A stretch of 64,000 nt of DNA, taken from positions 6,359,741-6,423,740 of the forward strand of contig MU058636.1 in NCBI GenBank assembly GCA_013265495.1, written 5' to 3'. Within the stretch, counting starts at the first letter, position 1. The number at the start of each line of letters is the position of its first letter. Below the pieces are notes generated by a model. That model worked only from the letters and a program-made list of their open reading frames with translations. It was not told where the DNA came from and did no database searches. The position numbers were made by a program, and so were the translations under genes. Shown here in pieces: positions 13,126 to 25,050 of this stretch. Origin of the DNA: Vicugna vicugna (lineage: Eukaryota).

Positions 13126-13745
13126 CAGTTCCTTCTTGTTATTTGTAGTAGCTATGTTCTGTAAAACCACCATAAACACTGAATTAGTGAATACTGAACC
13201 ACTGCTCCTGAGGGAAATACAGTTAGGTTTCCAGGAGCCTCTAGTCACACATTTTCACCAACCCATCAGTACATCACCTTGTCTTATGTGTGTTTAAGAC
13301 ACCTTGTTTAACATCTATTGTTGATTCAATAATGTTGATCTCAGGGAAAACGACTCTAACTCATGAGTGAACGAAGCATACTGAACACACGCTCTTTCTC
13401 CGTAAGGCACATCTGTGCCTTCTTGTGCTCAGGACACTTAACTCTTCAGGACCACGTTTGGGGTCTTTTAAACACTGAAATCACCTATAAAAATTACATA
13501 AGTACAAAAACCCAGGCACCTGTGAAAAGGACGCTGTCCACAGTGAGCTGAACAAGAAGCAGAGGGTCATCTTGTTTGGCCTCAGCTGGGAGTGTGTTCC
13601 ACCAACAACTCAGAGTTTTCACTGCTCTGCACATGTCCACAAATGACTGCAAAATGCTGCAAATACTGAATTTGGGGTTACAAATCGACCTTAGTGAGCA
13701 GGGGAATTCATAAATACAGGACCCACAAATGGTGAGGACCAATTG
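13126..13745. mobile_element. MER82 (TcMar-Tigger) non-autonomous DNA transposon, full length
   Basis: Starts cagttccttcttgttatttgtagtagctatgttctgtaaa, ends cccacaaatggtgaggaccaattg (degenerate TIRs). TA target duplications at 13124-13125 and 13746-13747. Internal blocks follow the MER82 consensus. Confidence 0.9.
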
Positions 13746-14449
13746 TATTTGTTAAAAGGCTTCTTGCCTATGTGGAGTGTGTATGTGTGGGTGTGTATGT
13801 AAGTACATATGTACCGGACGTGGGGAGTGGGCCCTGGCGGTTTATCCTATGCAGTTCACAACCCTCTGTAGGAGTGTAAAAAATATTAAATTACCATATC
13901 CAATTGGAGAGGATTAAGCCTTCTAAGACTCTTATTCAACTGACTTAACCACTTAATAAGATTCCAGCACATCCAGTTAAGGGAAAATGCTATAATATTT
14001 GATTCTTACAAAGAATATGAGAGATATGAAAGTATGCCAACAGATCACTAATTATGTACATTTTCTTTGTAAGAACTTCAGTGCTGCCTGATCATAAACC
14101 GTCTTACGAATAAATGAATGTGCGATTCCTGGGCAGTTTGAAAACAACAAAACCAACTCTGAATTCATTTGGTGAGTAAATAATCATGCCAATGGACCAT
14201 CCGTAAATAAATCTTAAACCCAAAGGACATTTTAATACCCTGGTTACTCTTTAAATAAACTCACATGAGAATTTTGGTACCTCAAGTGAAAATGGCGTGT
14301 TCTGGGCCTCTCGCCAATTTCATTTTGGGTGTGAAATTTCTGACTTGAAAGCTGAAATTCTTGGAATCTTATAAGCAAATTTTTTTTGCAGTTGAGGATG
14401 GTTTTCCCACTCACAAAAGTACCTACTTCCCTTTACTTAGCAGTTATGA

Positions 14450-15420
14450 AGGCGCAAAATGCACAGGCCTGAGGAGCACCTTCTGAGGGTCGGGGCCTCA
14501 GCCCAGCCCCAGCCCCTCTCCTCACTGCCGGCCGCCTGAGCACCCCGAAGCCTAAGGGCTGTCACAGCGCGCAGTGAGTCCCCACCCCCAGCCCTGGGCG
14601 TTAAAGGCGAAGGGAGGACTCGGCGTGGGAGGAGGCGACAGCTGGCACAGCCTGCTCCCTCCTCCAGCTCCCCCGAAGCTCCTTCCTCGGGGGGTGATCA
14701 CAGCCCGCCCTCCTCCGGAAGCTTCCCGACCCCCTCAGACTTGCTGCCTGAACAAACTCCTCGTGTCACTTTTGTTTCGCACTCGGGGTATTTTTACCCA
14801 CGTACGTGAGGAGCAGAGAAGACGCAGGAGAGGACGGAGGGGGGTTTCCCATGATGCTTTCATCAGCCTCACTCTCCTCCTCGAGGGGAGGCGGGGAAGA
14901 GGACTTCCTCGGGAAAACACAGCTTCTCCCTCGCTCAGAGAGCTTGGCCTGCATCCCCTGAAGTTTCAACATGCAGAACTGGCTCCCCGTTCTCGTTCGA
15001 GGAAGCCGAAGAGGACTGGAGGTGGGGCCTGAGTCCTGCACGGAAACCCAGCAAGCCGGGCAGGGCCGGCACACTGCCCCGGGACTGGGCGCCACAGCCT
15101 GCGCTCCTGTGCCCGGCCCGACGTGCGCCAGGCAGGACACCGGCAGAGGTGATCTAGGACTTGGGTCCTGTCCTGGCCGACAGAGTTGCCTGGACGGGCA
15201 AGCAGGTGTCTGCAGAAAGAGGCTGCTGGGGGCTGGGATAGGGATCCCACCAATGCCTGAGCTGAGGAAGGACCCACAAGTCACCACCCGGAACAGAGGC
15301 TCATTCCTTCTTAAGGCAGTTTCAGGTGAGAGGGCCCCAACCTGGAACCTACAGAGGGCCGAAAATATGCCCCCCAAATAGGACCAGACCCAGCCACCGG
15401 CAAGGCTCAGGGTGTGAAGC
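14450..15420. promoter_or_regulatory. CpG-rich, CpG-island-like promoter/enhancer element
   Basis: About 43 CpGs in 14481-15180 by manual count, against a CpG-poor background, and not repeat-derived. Contains GC boxes (ggggaggcgggg 14885-14896), a kB site GGGGTTTCCC (14841-14850), an ETS core (acttcctc about 14903) and the palindrome CACGTACGTG (14799-14808). Confidence 0.7.
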
Positions 15421-16169
15421 ACCCAGTAGGATCAGAACGGCCCCCTCCCCTTATCTCACCACCTCCCCTCTTTCCAATGCAGGAAACAGCAGCTAGCGGA
15501 GAGGGGGCGCCTGCTTGACCCACGTCTGTGCCAGAAAAAGCCTGTGGCTTTGACGTTGTTAAACCAAGGAAGACGTCTTGAATAGTATTAAATGGACGTG
15601 TTTGAAATTGAGACTGTGCCTGCAACCCAAAAGTCACCGGAAGGATGCATTTTCTAAAACTAAACGGAAAAGCTCTGGGATCTGTCAGCATCTCCATCCA
15701 GCATCAGAAGAAGAAAACCTCCATCGAATAAAATTTAAAGGGAGAGTGAGAGGCAAAATAAGTTTTGCTTGTTCTAAACGCAAGTCTTGTTTGTTACGTT
15801 CATGCACAGAGTTAGAAAACACAGGAAGGAAAAGGTGAGGTAGGAAACCAACTCACAGATTACCAGTCAGAGGTTTAGGAAAGAAACTTGTAGAAGAGCC
15901 TGTTCAGAAACTCGCAAACCTGTCTCCAGCCAGACTTCTCTGAGCTAAACCTTGTATCTTTCAACCAAAATGCCCCACAGACATCTCTAAAGGAACGTGT
16001 TCAAAGGGGGACCCTCCCCCGCCCTCCCTCCAAGGCTCCACATTCAGGTTCCTGCAGCAGCAGTTTTGTTCATGCTTTCAGTAATAAAGACACAGGAAAA
16101 TGCATAAAGAGCAGTTAGCAGTTTGCTGGACACAAAACATAGTTTTCATTATTACAAGATAATCAAGAT

Positions 16170-16259
16170 AAAGAAGGAAGGAAGGGAGGGAAGGAGGGAG
16201 GAAGGGAAAGAAAAGAGGAAGGGAGGAGGCGGAAGGGAGGAGGAGGGAGGGAGGGAGGA
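16170..16259 (+). repeat. Homopurine (GGAA/GGAG) low-complexity tract
   Basis: About 90 nt of A/G with a single C at 16230. Confidence 0.9.
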
Positions 16260-16489
16260 CTGAAGAGGAGGCAAGGTGCCGGCCCTCTCACATCCAGGTG
16301 TGCACCAGCCCATGCCCGTGCTCAGGCCAAAGACCTTCAGGTTGACCACACATGAGGGCATGGAGTTTCATCACAGCAGCTCACTCCAAGACCAGGCACC
16401 TCAGCACTGCAGGTGGACTCCGGTCTTCAACTCAGTAAGTAGACACCTGTGACAAGGAGGTGGTGGGTGGATTGTGTGACTGAGGGAAG

Positions 16490-16690
16490 AGTGTTGGCAG
16501 GATGTGGCATCAGACCTGTTTAAGACCTAGATGCATCATCTGCAACCTTGAGAATCTGAGTAAACTATTTAATCACTTCAAGCCTCAGTTTTCTTATCTG
16601 TAAAGTGGCAAGAACAATCATAACTCTGGTTACCTCACCAGAAGGTGTAGAAAGAGATGTAATAGGTGTCCAGATGCTCCCGAGAGGACC
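16490..16690 (+). mobile_element. MIR SINE
   Basis: taaactatttaatcacttcaagcctcagttttcttatctgtaaagtgg, MIR core. Confidence 0.7.
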
Positions 16691-16789
16691 AAGTCACTCA
16701 CCTTCCCGGATCCCAGCAGTGAGCACCACTTACGTCCCGCTCTGGGAACTGCCGCTACCTTTCCCAAGGTCTGTCTTCCCTGAGGCTTG

Positions 16790-17556
16790 CCTACTTCAAC
16801 AACTCACTGATCCAGTTTCGAAATATCTTCAGAATCCAACTCCATCCCTCCACCTTCACCGCTAGCACCAGTGAGCCACACCTCCAACATCTTACCTAAA
16901 TTCTTGCAATAATCGTGTAATTGGTCTCCCTCATTCTCCCCTTGACCCCCTACAGCCTTGAATGATTCCTTTAAAGCATGACTTCAGTCATGTTCTCCAT
17001 TACTTCCCACTCCCTTACATCAAAGTCAAAGTCCTTGGGGATGGCTGCACGATGTCCCATCACAGGCTCACTCTTCCCAGGGAATCTTCTGATCTCATCT
17101 TGAGGTTTACATGCTCCCTCTTGTCCCTGTCACTCCAGCCATGCTGGCCCCCTTGCTCTTGTTCAAACATGACAGGTGTGCCTCACGCTCAATCCAGGCC
17201 TTTGAACCTGTGATTCCTTCCCCTGGAATGCTCTTCCCCTGACAAGACTTGCTCCCTCAATTCCCTCAAATCTTTTTACAAATGATTCCTGATCAGTGAG
17301 GTCTTTTCTTTCCACCCTAATTAAAATCGCAACACCCTGTCCATTTTTCTGCTTTATTTTCCTCCTGAATACTCATTATCATCAATACAGAATATACTTT
17401 ACTTAGATATTTGCTTATCATCTGTCTCCTAGCACTAGAATACGAGCTCTGTGATGGTAGGGATTTTTGTTTTGTTTTGCTCACTGCTACACCTAATACA
17501 ATGCTGGTCACATAGTAAGTGCCCAATAAATATTCACAGACAGAATGAATAAATTA
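16790..17556 (+). mobile_element. L2a LINE 3' portion
   Basis: ctccagccatgctggcccccttgctcttgttcaaacatg...ctagaatacgagctctgtgatggtagggatttttg...cacatagtaagtgcccaataaatattcacagacagaatgaataa. Confidence 0.85.
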
Positions 17557-19355
17557 ACAAATGGTGAGGAATTTCCCTAACAAATGGTAATTAACAAATT
17601 TTTTTTCTGTAAGTGTCCAACAAAATTCAGATGCTCCTGATCTAAATACGTACGTGAATATGTATCCACAAATAAAACATTTTGAACACAGTGACATTAT
17701 ACATCAAAAGACACAAGAAAAATCTGTAGAGTTGGTTAGGCAATGACAGCAATGCATTCTGAGAACTGACATTATCAACATCTCACTCCTACTCCATCTC
17801 ATTTCTGTGAGATAGGTCCAAGGAATGACACATTTTAATTATTGTGATATCTTTTCTTCTTTGTCAAAGAAACTGGTGAGAAAAGTCTGTGAAATTCTAA
17901 GGGCAGATGCTAGCACACAGTCCATGTTTGTTTCTTTCCCTACCATTTCTCCAGGCACTGGGGCTCTCAGCATCCAATCACATCGTTGTTTTCCATAATG
18001 GACGCTAAGCCTGGGTGTCCTTTCCAAACAACAAACAGCTCTTAATGGTGGAAACAAGTCCTCTGTCTTCTGCAATTTAGATGAGACTTCTCACCCAGCT
18101 GACAAAAGGCTTTGCTGGATCTGTTAACAGAGTCATCTCCAGTTTTTGCTATTAGCCAACAATTTGTTGTGCTGTACTTGCCAATGATTTCTTTGCTTAA
18201 CCAAATTGCTGGAGTTCACATAGTTGGCAGTGGTTTGAAGGGGATGGATCTCCCAGCAATACCTGACAGGAAAACAGATTTGAACCAGAAACTCTTTGGT
18301 TTCAGTGGCACTCAGCCTCTCCTACTTTGCCAAATCTTTCTGTTTGCTGGTCAGTCACTCTTCAGAAAGGGAGAGACAGCATGAGACACAGAGTCATACT
18401 TGCTACCTTCCAGGCATTCTAAGAAAAGCAACAGGACCATCACAAGTCCTACTGAAGATTTTCCATAAACTCCCAGAATCAATCTCCCCCTTGGCTTACA
18501 AGACAGCTCTGATCCAGACACTGTGAATGGAAGACACCCACTGATTGTCCTCACAGATCCTCTCTCAGACCCGATCAGGCCTTTGTTGTGGGTCACTAGA
18601 GAAAGGGACTCAGCTTGAATAATGAGAAACTTCAAGCCTGAACAGTTGAGGGTGAAGGGTGCTAGGAAGAAAGCAAAAAATTCTAATGCTAATATGGAAG
18701 AAGGGAAAGCAATGGAAAAGCATATTCAGCTGCTCCCAAAGCAGGTACAACGTCGCAGTATAGTAGTTTGTAGTCGTGGAAAGCCCTTTAGAGACTTCTT
18801 ATTAGAATAGCAAAGAGTGTGAATCAAAGACTGAGAAGCAGAAGTTTTCATACTAGGGGGTCCATGTCTGCATTTTCCGAAAGCTTACAAAGAAACTGGT
18901 CATTCAGAACTTAGCACATCTTCAGTGGGAAAGCAGCCCTGTGTCTCCTTCAGCCTCTGGACATGCAGGTTACTTGGGTGCTATTTATGTTTTGATGGAC
19001 AAGTGTACACTCTGTTTAGACAAGCATCTTGCAATGATGCTTCAAAGGAGCAGCTGTCTGGGAAGATGAATCCATGCCAGGACAGTTCAAGAGCCAATCC
19101 AAATACCAGTAACGATGGCAAACATTAACAGATGAGGCAAACACTTGAAAGAGACGACTTACTCTGAATCCATAGTGCACTAAAGATAGACAGTGTGATG
19201 CATATCTCTACTTACTTATTTTTCATTAAGAGGAAACTCAATCAAGATTTATCATTTTAAGGAATTATCTTGGTTTCCATTATTTGTGACTGTCATATTG
19301 CTTTTAGAGTTAGGGAGAGAAACAACACTTTATTTCCCATTCTCTTAAATTCTTT

Positions 19356-20449
19356 TATTTATTTATTTATTTATTTTTAAATTTCATTTTATTGAGTTAC
19401 AGTCAGTTTACAATGTTGTGTCAATTTCCAGTGTACAGCACAATTTTTCAGTCATACATGAACATATATAGATTCATTGTCACACTCTTTTTTATCATGA
19501 GATACCACAAGATTTTGTATATATTTCCCTGTGCTATACCATATAATCTTGTTTATCTATTTTATATATACCTGTCAGTATCTACAAATTTCAAACTCCC
19601 AGTCTATACCTTCCCACCCTCCTCCCCCTTGGCAACCACAAGTTTGTATTCTATGTCTATGAGTCTGTTTCTGTTTTGTATTTGTGTTCTTTTTTTTTTT
19701 TTTAATTTCCACATATGAGTGATCACAANNNNNNNNNNNNNNNNNNNNNNNNNNNNNNNNNNNNNNNNNNNNNNNNNNNNNNNNNNNNNNNNNNNNNNNN
19801 NNNNNNNNNNNNNNNNNNNNNNNNNNNNNNNNNNNNNNNNNNNNNNNNNNNNNNNNNNNNNNNNNNNNNNNNNNNNNNNNNNNNNNNNNNNNNNNNNNNN
19901 NNNNNNNNNNNNNNNNNNNNNNNNNNNNNNNNNNNNNNNNNNNNNNNNNNNNNNNNNNNNNNNNNNNTTTGTGTTCTTTTTTTTTTTTTAGATTCCACAT
20001 ATGAATGATCTCATATAGTATTTTTTCTTTCTCTTTCTGGTTTACTTCACTTAGAAAGACATTCTCCAGGAGCATCCATGTTGCTACAAATGGCATTATG
20101 TTGTCAGTTGTTATGGCTGAATAGTATTCCATTGTATAAATATACCACCTCTTCTTTATCCAGTCATCTGTTGATGGACATTTAGGCTGTTTCCATGTCT
20201 TGGCTATTGTAAATAGTGCTGCTATGAACATTGGGGTGCAGGTGTCATTTTGAAGTAGGGTTCCTTCTGGATATATACCCAGGAATGGGATTATTGGGTC
20301 ATATGGTAAGTCTATTCCTAGTCTTTTGAGGAATCTCCATACTGTTTTCCACAATGGCTGCACCAAACTGCATTCCCACCAGCAGTGTAGGAGGGTTCCC
20401 TTTTTTCCACAGCCTCTCCAGCATTTATCATTTGTGGACTTTTGAATGA
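19356..20449 (-). mobile_element. Young 5'-truncated LINE-1 (ORF2 C-terminus, 3' UTR, A-rich tail)
   Basis: ORF 19575-20366 gives [32 protein letters not shown]...TCTPMFIAALFTIAKTWKQPKCPSTDDWIKK (L1 ORF2p C-terminus). (TTTA)n tail at about 19356-19378. Perfect 15-bp TSD tctcttaaattcttt at 19341-19355 and 20450-20464. Confidence 0.95.
19729..19967. other. Assembly gap (239 N)
   Basis: Run of N inside the L1 3' region. Confidence 0.99.
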
Positions 20450-20464
20450 TCTCTTAAATTCTTT

Positions 20465-20905
20465 AGCATGGCATTCAATGTCCCAAATGATTTTGTGCCA
20501 TATGCTTTCACATTCCATCTACCGCCACTCCCCATCTTGCATATAGTCTGTCTAGTAAAACCTAAGAACCCATCACTCCTTAAACTTGTATAAAACTTTG
20601 CTTATTCCCTTTCTTCTGTCTGGAATTGCTTTTCCACAACCTCACTGGATCAAATTCTAATCATCATTCAAATCCCAACCTAACTGGCATGTTCTTTGGG
20701 GAAATCTTCCCAAATATCTTCCTAAGCAGAATTTATTCCTGAAAGTGTGCTCTGCTAGTATATTGCAATGGTCCTACAACAGCATTTTTCATATTATGTA
20801 AGTGTCCACTGCACATGGGCCTCTTTCTTCTACTCTACAATGAAGTCTTTTGGTGAGCTGGTCTGTATCTTACTGATACACCTCCTGCTCCTTCATTAAA
20901 TGATG
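20465..20905 (+). mobile_element. L2 fragment (target of the young L1 insertion)
   Basis: agcatggcattcaatgtcccaaatg...ttcttctgtctggaattgcttttcc...tctaatcatcattcaaatcccaac. The L2-like sequence continues from just left of the L1 TSD. Confidence 0.55.
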
Positions 20906-22167
20906 AAAGAAAGTGTAAAAGAAAAAAGAATCTCTCTTTTTGCTCTCTCACTTTCCCACTCTTTTGTTTTCACTGAAGAGAAACTATAGTAGGTCTAAAG
21001 AGATTCAGAGTCTTGCCCTAGATAACATTAGCAAGGCTGAAAATACAGAATTAAATATGAAGATCCTTGTTGGATCTATGAGCATGTTTAATGTTAGGGC
21101 AACTATAGTGTATTTTTTTCCACCAACAAGAATCAGGGTTGTAATGGAGAAAGACCACAGTTGGTATAAAGAATAAAGAAAGCAATATTTCTTATTAAAA
21201 TTCTGAAAGCTTAGTTTAAACCCCAGTTAAAGCACCTACATACTTTCAATATATATCAGTCTCTAGCAAAAAGGAATATTTCTTCTGCATTGGACTTCTT
21301 CTTTCTCCAAACTCCCAACACACACTCAAACCCACAGACATTACCAAACTCAAATGTTAACCATGCCTTGAGTGGTACTGACATCATCAGAGAGAATTCA
21401 AGGAGTCAGTTCTCAGGACCTGGGAGAATCATCCCAAAGATGGTTCCTGGGAGTGGAAGGTGGAGGCAGGGATTTTGACTCTACTTTATTTCTGCATTAT
21501 AATCATTTAGGTCCATATAAGTGATCAACATACAATCTCTAGCAAGTGGGAAACTTCATTCAAGAGAAAAGGCATTTTCTGGTTTTAATAAATTATGTAA
21601 ACTCAATGAGCGTAAGGATCTTGGAAGGTTCTAGTAATAATATGCTTATGTCTCTCACTGAATTAGCAGAATCAAGACCAAGGTGAAGATTACCATCTCT
21701 TGGACTTCAATTCCCTCAGACATTGCAGGGACTGGTGTGCAGGGAGTTTTACTTTAGACCCGGAAGCATCCCCATGTGAGTGGCTTTCTGGAAGCTACTG
21801 AAAGTGAGAAAGTGTAATTTCATCATTATCACATCAGCATGCCGATTGATGTGTTTATAATGTACAGGAGCATTCCTAAAGTGTTTGGCCATAATTGCTG
21901 GGTCAATTCACAGGGCAGTCAAGATTCTCCAAAAGTCCTATGAAACAGGATGCTAATGGCATGCAGCAGTGACAGAATGTCAAAGTGATGATAGCTTAAG
22001 ATACATGAGATATCAGCAAAGGTGACAGCAAAAGGAGATGCAGAAGCTTGTTTCTATAGGAAGAGAGAAAGGCTTAGTTTAGCTAAAATGGCATTTTATT
22101 CCATAATCATCATCATCATTATTCTATCGCTAAGTAATCATTATCGGTCACTGGGTCAGGATTACTT

Positions 22168-22187
22168 CACACACACACACACACACA
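22168..22187. repeat. (CA)10 microsatellite
   Basis: CA run with an imperfect extension. Confidence 0.85.
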
Positions 22188-23329
22188 TACACATGCAAAT
22201 GACTTAGTCTCAGACTCTGCTAAGCTCCCATTTGGTTTTCAGTAGGTGAATTTAGAAGTAACTGGAAAAAAACATACATATATATATATATTTAGTCTTG
22301 GTCATGGAATTATGGACTACAGCAAGAGGGATAAGGGTCCACAACGGTAAAATGATATGTGTATATCAGAGTATATACAATCTCAGAAGAGTAAATATTC
22401 TTCACAAATAAAAAGTCTTAGGACCATCATCTGAGTTTTATATATTCTGGTTTCTACTCTCTTTCCATTTACATGCTTTACCTGAGTGTGTCAGCCATTT
22501 CTATGACTTCTATGTATTCATAATATCCTAATATCGGAGGTCTAGACTCATAATTCTAACTGCTTATTGGTATTGAATATTGATGTTCTCCAGACATCTC
22601 AAATTCAAAACTTTGAAAAGCAGATGACTACAGTGGGTCAGAGATGGGTAGTTTCGATTCTTAGCAGGTAAATTATGTGACTGTGTTCAATGACAAAAAA
22701 ATTTAGGGCAGTGTTTCTCAGACTTTTAGTACCCATAGGCTAAATACTTCATTGGTACACACGGACTAATATTTTTTCATTTTATAGGGATTCATCATGA
22801 TTTTAAAAAATTTAAAATTAAACATTTCATTTAAAATATTGTTAAAATATTAATAATATTTTTATGTCTGGAAGTAGGATAATATTGTTTCAAATTGTAA
22901 CAAGTTATTAAAAAGGAACTTTCTGTTCATTTCAATGGAGGCCACAAGACAATGGATGTCAGTATACTCCCATTTCAAAATGAGGTGCTAAACTATTTAT
23001 CAAGGTGTTTATTAAGGCCAAAAAGGAGATCTGAGACTGGAAATAAATTTCATTGGAAAATATTGTTGGAGTGTTGTGACATTTTGCTTCTCTACCCACA
23101 AGGAGAAATGGAGAGATGTTCCACCCACCTTACCTCAGAGATAAAGAGACAAGTTCAAGGAGAAAACTCATGGAGCTTGTTATGTGGCTTAGTTTGTGGG
23201 ACAAAGTAAGCTTGTGTCTGACTCACAACAGGAAAATATAAAGGGAAGAAAGCTAAATGAAATAGAGTGAAGATACATATCCATTTATGATGGGTCAAAT
23301 GTATATGTTTCCAGTAGACAGGAATTTTA

Positions 23330-25050
23330 TTAAAAAAAATAAATAAAGACCAAGGCATGCAGTCAAGTCAACCAAAAATCAAGAGGGGAAGAAAAATATC
23401 CAAATATGCAAGATCAAATGATCACATATCAAGAGAAGTTAAAAATACACTGTTTCGTGATCAGAAATTAGAGTTATCAGACATGGATTTTAGAATGCCA
23501 GTGATTATTATTTAAGTAAATCGGTGGCAAGGTGATTATTATTTAAGTAAATTGGTGGCAATCAGATAACACAATCTATAAAAATAATCAAATAGGAATT
23601 ATGGAAATGAAAAATATAATAACCTAACTTTTAAAATGTGATAAATGGGTTACATGATAGATTAAAAATGGTGTAAGGAAGAATTAGTAAATTGGAAATG
23701 AGCCAATAGAAAATACCCAGACTGAAATCACAGAGAGACTTAAGGAATGGCAAGTACAACAAAGATTGCAAGAAAATAACACACACACACACAAGAAATG
23801 CATGAGACAAAAAACATGAAACAAAAACAAAAACAAAATAATTATGAGTATTAGTTTCAGAAGAAGAGGGGAGAGATAATGGCTCAGAAGCAATATGTGA
23901 AGACAGACTGGCTGTGAATTTTGCAAAACTGACAAATGACATAAACTGATAGAGACATTTTAGATTCTAAAGACTCTGCCACTGTTGAACAGTATAAGTA
24001 CAAAGAAAACAACGCCTAGACACACCATAGTAAAACTGCTGAAAACTGAAGTCTGTAAGTCAAGGCTCATTACCTTCAAAGAGCAATAATGAGACTAATA
24101 GCTGACTTTCCAGCTGAAACTATGTCTTGTCCAGAAGGCAGTAAAATGACATTTTTAAACTGCTGAAAGAAAAAAAAAAACTGCCAATCTAGAATCTTAT
24201 AGCCAGAGAAAACAGACTTCAAAATGAAATTGAAAAAAAATTTATTGTTCCTATTTCATGCTCTATATAAAAATCAATTCCAAGTGGACTGCAAACCTAA
24301 ATAGAAATTTTAAAAATAAAGTGAAAGAAGGAAGGAAGGAAGGGAAGAAGGAGGGAAACTAACTTCTAGAAATGAATTTAAGAGAATATCTTCATGCCAT
24401 TAAGGGTGGGCATACTTTCTTACACAAGACATAAAGATTACTAACTATAAAGGAAAAGACTGAAAAATTAGATTTCATACAACTGGGAACTTTTGTTCAC
24501 CAAAGAACATCATCAAGAAAGTGAAAAGATAAGCCTCAGACAAGGAGAAAATGTTTGCTCTCCATATGTGTGACAAAGTGCTCTTATTTACAACCTACAA
24601 AGAACTCCTACAAAACAGTGAGAAAAAGACCAAAAGCCCACTTTTTAAATAATGGTCAGAAGACTTATTCAAGCATTTCACGAAGGATGATATCCAAACA
24701 GTCAGTAAGCTTTTGAAAAGGTACTCAGCATCACTAGTTATCAGGGAAATTGTAATTTAAACCAGTAATAAGATATAAACACTAGAATAGCAAAAATGAA
24801 AAAAGATAGACAATATCAAGTGTTGCTAGGAGAGGGAACAAATGGAATTGTCATCAGTGCATTTAAAGGGGTTCCATGTTGGAAAACTGGCAGGATCTTC
24901 TAAAGCTCAACACATACTCTGTTACCCAGATAGTCCAATTCTAGGTGTAAACTCAACAGGAATATGTACCAAAAGACATGTACGGAATGATTATAGCAAC
25001 ATTATTTGTAACAGGGAAAAACAGAAAAGTCCAAACGTCCAGCACTTCAT
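23330..25050 (+). mobile_element. Ancient L1M LINE remnant (ORF1-like part joined to ORF2 3' part)
   Basis: ORF1-type blocks (aacaacgcctagacacaccatagtaaaactgctgaaaac; ctaatagctgactttccagctgaaactatg; ctgccaatctagaatcttatagccagag). Then ORF2 3'-type blocks (aaaatcaattccaagtggac; aaaggtactcagcatcactagttatcagggaaattg). Many stops. Confidence 0.75.
23501..23561. repeat. 31-bp period tandem duplication (2 copies)
   Basis: gtgattattatttaagtaaatcggtggcaa, g, gtgattattatttaagtaaattggtggcaa; one C/T difference. Confidence 0.95.

Noticed and set aside
14574..15422. Long overlapping ORFs of 103-218 aa on both strands
   Set aside because: They lie in the GC-rich element where stops are rare, are Pro/Arg/Gly/Ser-rich, overlap in several frames and resemble no protein I recognise.
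15497..15510. CTCF-like sequence cggagagggggcgc
   Set aside because: Mismatches in the 5' half of the core. It cannot be supported without PWM scoring or ChIP data.
17760..17770. tgagaactga, matching the 5' end of miR-146
   Set aside because: Only 10 nt match. The rest diverges and there is no precursor hairpin.
18095..18262. Minus-strand exon-like segment (tgttttcctgtcag acceptor, gtgaga donor, 168 nt)
   Set aside because: Stops in all three frames and no partner exons I can support. It could only be a non-coding exon and is compatible with chance.
19575..20366. 263-aa ORF, the longest in the track
   Set aside because: It is the LINE-1 ORF2 C-terminus extended artificially through the N gap, not a host gene.
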